Below are positions 60,901 to 64,000 of a stretch of DNA of 64,000 nt, in pieces (within the stretch, counting starts at the first letter, position 1; each line of letters starts with the position of its first letter). Origin of the DNA: Negaprion brevirostris (lineage: Eukaryota). The position numbers were made by a program, and so were the translations under genes. The stretch is taken from positions 12,423,605-12,487,604 of the forward strand of contig JARDVH010000115.1 in NCBI GenBank assembly GCA_030324005.1, written 5' to 3'. The notes beneath the pieces were generated by a model that saw only the letters and a list, made by a program, of their open reading frames with translations, did no database searches and was not told the origin of the DNA.

Positions 60901-62906
60901 TGGAGGTGTGCCTTAAAGTTTTTTTTTTAAGAACAGTATAAGCATGTGCCCTGACAGATAAAAGGTTGGGACACACTGGTATGGAGTAACATATGGGCAT
61001 GAATAGAAGATTGGCTGGCTAACAGAAAGCAGAGCATAGACATAAAAGATCATTTTCAGATTGGCAAGATGTAGTGAGTGGCGTGCCACAGGAATCAGTG
61101 CTGTGACTTCTATTTACAATTTATATAAATGACCTGGCTGAAGGGGTGGTTGCAAAGATAAGTAGGAAAGTTGTAAAGACATAAGGAGACTATGAAAAGA
61201 TGTAGATATATGTTATGTGAATGAGCAAAGATCTGGCATATGGAGTATAATGTGGGAAAACATTAAATTGCCCAGGAAGAATAAAGGAGAACCAGAACAA
61301 CCAAATGGAGAGCGAATGCAGAACTTTGATTTTCTGAGGGATCGGTACATGAATTGCAAAAGGCTAGCATGAAGGTACTTTAACTGGAAAGCTAATAGAA
61401 TATCATTTATTTCTAGGGAATCTGAATACAAAATTAGGGAGATTGTGCATCAGTTATATGGAGCTCTAGTGGGATCACACTTGGGAGTATTTTGTACAGT
61501 ATTATTTATATCCTTCCTCAATTAAGATAAATGATTTGGAAGCACTTTTGAATGAGCGGGTTGGCTTCTGTGAAAAGGCTAATCAGGACAGGTTTGTATG
61601 CTCTAAAGTTTAAGTAAGAGGCAACTTGATTGAAACATGCAAGACACTGAAGGGACTTTACAGGTGGATGCAGAGAGGATGTTTCCTCTAGTGTGAGAAT
61701 ATACATCTAGGGGCCACTGCTTAAAAGTAAGGGGTTGTCCATTTAAAATGGAGATGAGGAGAATTTCTTTCCCTTAAGAGGGTCGAGTGCCTTTGGAACT
61801 CTTCCTAAACAGGCTGTGGAAGCAGTTTTTGAACATTTTTAAGACAGATGGATGGATTCTCTGTAAGGGGATGATAGGATATCTGGGGTAGATAGGATGC
61901 ATATTGCGATTATTAGATTAGCTTGAGGGACTGAATGGCTTACTTGTTCATGTGCTCTCTCTTTCTCCCTTGGTATCTTTCCACCCCCTTTACCTGGCAC
62001 TGTCTTCACCTTTTACATACTCTCTCTTCCTCTTGATAAGCGTTTCCCTTAGTCTGAGGGCTACCATTAGTTAGTAGTAAAAGAAGCACTGACAGTACTC
62101 AGTTTTTTCTGCCATAATATCAAAGCAGAATTTACAAGATACATTTTGGGATAATTCTCTGCAAATTAGTCCTTAATTCAACAATCAAATATTTCAAACA
62201 CAGTTTTTCTTCCATTGCTCCTGGGTGCAGTGATTCATGTCAGTAACTTTAACCTCAGGCGCTGCAGTTAAGCAGACTATTTTCATTGCCATCCTAGCGA
62301 AGATTGCTAGCTCAACACGGATGGATGTTCAAAATGGAACTATCCTGACCTTAGTAGCATAGCTGGCAATACACAATGAGTCATCAGTAACAATGCAACA
62401 AATAATAAGATTTGCCATATGTGTAAATAAAGAGGGCACCACTTTAAATATAGGTGATATTATATAGGTGAGTCCAAGAAGATTGTTGTGTGGTTTAATT
62501 CTGTCAAAATAACAATGTGCTCATCAAAACATTTGCTGTTCAATTATAAGACATCTCAGGAATCTAATCTTTTCCCAAATTACTGTAGGTTAAAGTATTT
62601 ACAGCTCTAAATAAAATGCATACCTTGTACTCCCTTCAGAAGCAGATCCACTCCATTTTTGTAATAGTTAAATGCAGCTTCATAATCCTCATTGACTTCT
62701 CGATCCAGCGCTAAGCGAATCTGCTTTGCTGCATCAACAAGGTAGTCTCGTTTGGTGGCTGTGCTTCTGGTTGCCTGATGGCCCTCCTGTATGTTGGGAG
62801 ATACTCGGCTCCGGATCTGCTCCAAGTATGCACGAGCCTGAGACAGAGGACGAGAATAGGGTTCAGCATCCTGCCCAGGAGGCCTCTCTCCAGCAAGGTT
62901 GTACAT
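45851..62906 (-). CDS. RPS6KL1: RPS6KL1 (ribosomal protein S6 kinase-like 1; MIT domain + split pseudokinase), complete spliced CDS, 10 exons, 2586 nt / 861 aa
   Basis: In-frame GT-AG exon chain; MIT domain [16 protein letters not shown]...; kinase lobes split by a long insert; LTYFG replaces DFG. No PX domain, since an in-frame stop lies upstream of the ATG. Tail-to-tail with DLST, as in human. Confidence 0.95.
46338..46490 (+). mobile_element. SINE 3' half (same family)
   Basis: gttaggtgtattgggcat...cacagtaacttcattgcagtg...ctacttgtgactaataaataaaaacttta. Confidence 0.75.
47428..47523 (-). CDS. RPS6KL1: RPS6KL1 coding exon 9 ([32 protein letters not shown])
   Basis: 96 nt within ORF 47326-47547; tctcag / gtgagg sites. 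Confidence 0.96.
48634..48716 (-). CDS. RPS6KL1: RPS6KL1 coding exon 8 ([28 protein letters not shown])
   Basis: 83 nt; DWWSLG subdomain IX; tttgacag / gtaatt sites. Confidence 0.97.
49708..49797 (-). CDS. RPS6KL1: RPS6KL1 coding exon 7 ([30 protein letters not shown])
   Basis: 90 nt; cttgacag / gtaagg sites; YFG replaces DFG. Confidence 0.96.
49927..51444 (-). CDS. RPS6KL1: RPS6KL1 coding exon 6 (1518 nt; GKLW + long Ser-rich insert + [38 protein letters not shown])
   Basis: ORF 49877-51400 (507 aa, no stops); acceptor ttttcctctttaacctacag, donor gtgaga; kinase subdomain VIa/VIb at its end. Confidence 0.95.
51806..51880 (+). mobile_element. SINE 3' tail fragment (same family)
   Basis: aggggaatttcgcagcgacttcattgcagagttaatgtaagccttacttgtgactaataaataaacttt. 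Confidence 0.7.
52039..52171 (-). CDS. RPS6KL1: RPS6KL1 coding exon 5 ([44 protein letters not shown])
   Basis: 133 nt; ctcttatag / gtaatg sites. Confidence 0.96.
53164..53211 (-). CDS. RPS6KL1: RPS6KL1 coding exon 4 ([16 protein letters not shown])
   Basis: 48 nt; ttttgtttag / gtaggt sites; beta3 lysine equivalent. Confidence 0.93.
53520..53612 (-). CDS. RPS6KL1: RPS6KL1 coding exon 3 ([31 protein letters not shown])
   Basis: 93 nt; ttatag / gtaacc sites. Confidence 0.95.
54520..54834 (-). mobile_element. tRNA-derived SINE (same family)
   Basis: - strand B box GGTTCGAATCC, A-box-like TGGCACAGT, same body and tail. Confidence 0.85.
55177..55301 (-). CDS. RPS6KL1: RPS6KL1 coding exon 2 ([42 protein letters not shown])
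   Basis: 125 nt, MIT domain C-terminal helix; ttacag / gtacga sites. Confidence 0.96.
56784..57083. repeat. 100-nt direct duplication flanking a 100-N gap (probable assembly artefact)
   Basis: 56784-56883 and 56984-57083 differ at 4 positions and sit either side of exactly 100 N. Confidence 0.85.
59219..59552 (+). mobile_element. SINE nested in the hAT transposase
   Basis: ggtgatggcctagtg...gacctgggttcgaatctcacc (B box) ... caaatgctgg...catatcccatgaatgaataaaaa tail; interrupts the transposase frame. Confidence 0.75.
59915..60182 (-). mobile_element. tRNA-derived SINE nested in the hAT transposase
   Basis: - strand gcacggtggcacagtagttagcactgc...ggttcaattccc head; tail cctacttgtgactaataaacttt. 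Confidence 0.85.
62624..62906 (-). CDS. RPS6KL1: RPS6KL1 first coding exon ([10 protein letters not shown]...YLEQIRSRV...[43 protein letters not shown]); exon probably begins at 62986
   Basis: ORF 62607-62942; ATG at 62906; donor gtatgc; acceptor ttgtccgtgtag ending at 62987. Confidence 0.93.
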
Positions 62907-63914
62907 CACTGGTGTCTTCAGAACATGCAGGCGCTTCTGCACTCAGTCCCATTCAGTCCAATGCTGCCAAAATAAGTCAGCTGAGTCTACACGGACAAGA
63001 GCAGAAAGTTGGAAAAGTTAATTATATAATCCTTCATATATGATTAAAGATAAGGGACATGGTACATTTCTCATTTTGTCAGCAATGAGTATTCACTAAA
63101 TGAATCAGATACAAGTAGAGTTCTATCTGTTGTGGCAAGTCTGCCCAAATCCTTGCCACAATAGGGCAGTTCAAATTGTATCAGTGTGACACTTCCATTT
63201 CAGACATCTACTCTCTTTATGCCTTTTGTGAGTGAAATTGTAATTAATTGCTCAATTATATTGAATGGCAGTTTTGTACTGCAACTTCCCAACTAGCAGT
63301 TTGAGATTACCCACTGTTCACTTTAAACACACACAGATGTTATAGATTTGCAGCTCATTAAACCTAATAGATAAAAATGCAAATGTCAACTTTAACTAGA
63401 CTGTCCACTGACACAGATGAAAAATGGTAGCAAGTTCATTTTTATAAAAGACTTCACAATGTGGTAGCAGAGTGAAGGGGTGAGCCTGAGTGGATTTATT
63501 TTGCATCTACCTTGTACCATGACCTAATCATACAATTGAAAAGCAGTCCTGTTGATGTCGGCAGCTCAATTTGCATCTCACACAGCTTTTCACCTACAAG
63601 GACAACAAGCAACTGGCTGCCTGCCACCCTGAAGTGAAGTACCAATATCAGATATGCAAGTTTAAAAAAAAACAAACAAACAGCATTTATACAGCAGCTT
63701 TTCCAAACAGAGAATTGTGAAAGTGCTTCACAGCCAAGTAATGCAGCTGTTCAAGAAAGCAACTCACCACTGCCTTTTCAAGGATAAGCAGTGATGGGCA
63801 TTAAATGCTGGCCTAGCCAGCACAGCCCACATCTCTTGAAAGAATAACAAAGCCAGTATTTTTTTAAAAAATTGCTCCCATTGTAACAGGCACAAATGTA
63901 GCAGCAAGGTACAT

Positions 63915-64000
63915 GGGTGGTACAATAGCACAGTGATTTGCACTGCAGCCTCACAGCACCAGGGACCTGGATCCAATTCCAATCTCAGGTCACTGTCTGT
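63915..64000 (+). mobile_element. SINE 5' head truncated by window end
   Basis: gcacagtgatttgcactgcagcctcacagcaccagggacctggatccaattcc...ggtcactgtctgt. Confidence 0.7.

Larger units (their letters stand above)
57730..60978 (+). mobile_element. hAT DNA transposon fossil (Buster/Charlie, ZBED5/ZBED8-like transposase)
   Basis: TIRs CAGTGGTTCCCAACT / CAGTGTGTCCCAACC (12/15). Transposase pieces [38 protein letters not shown] (58619-59062), HCILHRE CxxH motif (~59170), and dimerization motif [13 protein letters not shown] (60309-60662). Confidence 0.88.
57110..61950 (+). mobile_element. CR1 LINE ORF2 split into two parts (57110-57729 and 60979-61950) by a hAT insertion
   Basis: ORF 57249-57578 (DKCPSPDG...[23 protein letters not shown]) and YLDFQKAF; resumes after 60979 with GVPQESVL and the CR1 3' end. 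Confidence 0.85.

Noticed and set aside
45851-62906. Alternative call RPS6KC1, because of the long kinase insert
   Set aside because: No PX domain (in-frame stop upstream of the ATG), N-terminal [15 protein letters not shown] and LTYFGQW match RPS6KL1, and the DLST synteny fits RPS6KL1.

Overview
Eukaryotic, AT-rich draft-assembly DNA with many 10-N and 100-N gaps. The SINE, CR1/L2 and Penelope-like repeat content points to a cartilaginous fish (shark); that assignment is an inference. I could reconstruct two convergent (tail-to-tail) multi-exon genes by hand, all introns GT-AG. (1) DLST, the 2-oxoglutarate dehydrogenase E2 subunit, on + strand: exons 2-15 at 3150-24941, 436 codons plus stop; exon 1 and the promoter lie upstream of the window. 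(2) RPS6KL1, a MIT-domain pseudokinase, on - strand: complete CDS in 10 exons at 62906-45851, 861 aa, with an unusually large 1518-nt kinase-insert exon. The same gene pair is adjacent in human. The rest is introns and intergenic DNA full of decayed CR1/L2 LINEs, tRNA-derived SINEs, Penelope-like ends with hammerhead-ribozyme-like cores, a Buster/Charlie-type hAT fossil nested in a CR1, and a Harbinger Myb-like remnant. There are no prokaryotic features, CRISPR arrays, rRNA or genuine tRNA genes. I found no clearly new biological system. The most interesting signals are the long RPS6KL1 insert, the hammerhead-like retroelement ends, the uORF arrangement of RPS6KL1 and a candidate antisense exon in DLST intron 1. 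Exon boundaries are exact by manual reading; repeat boundaries are approximate; comparisons with human proteins are from memory.
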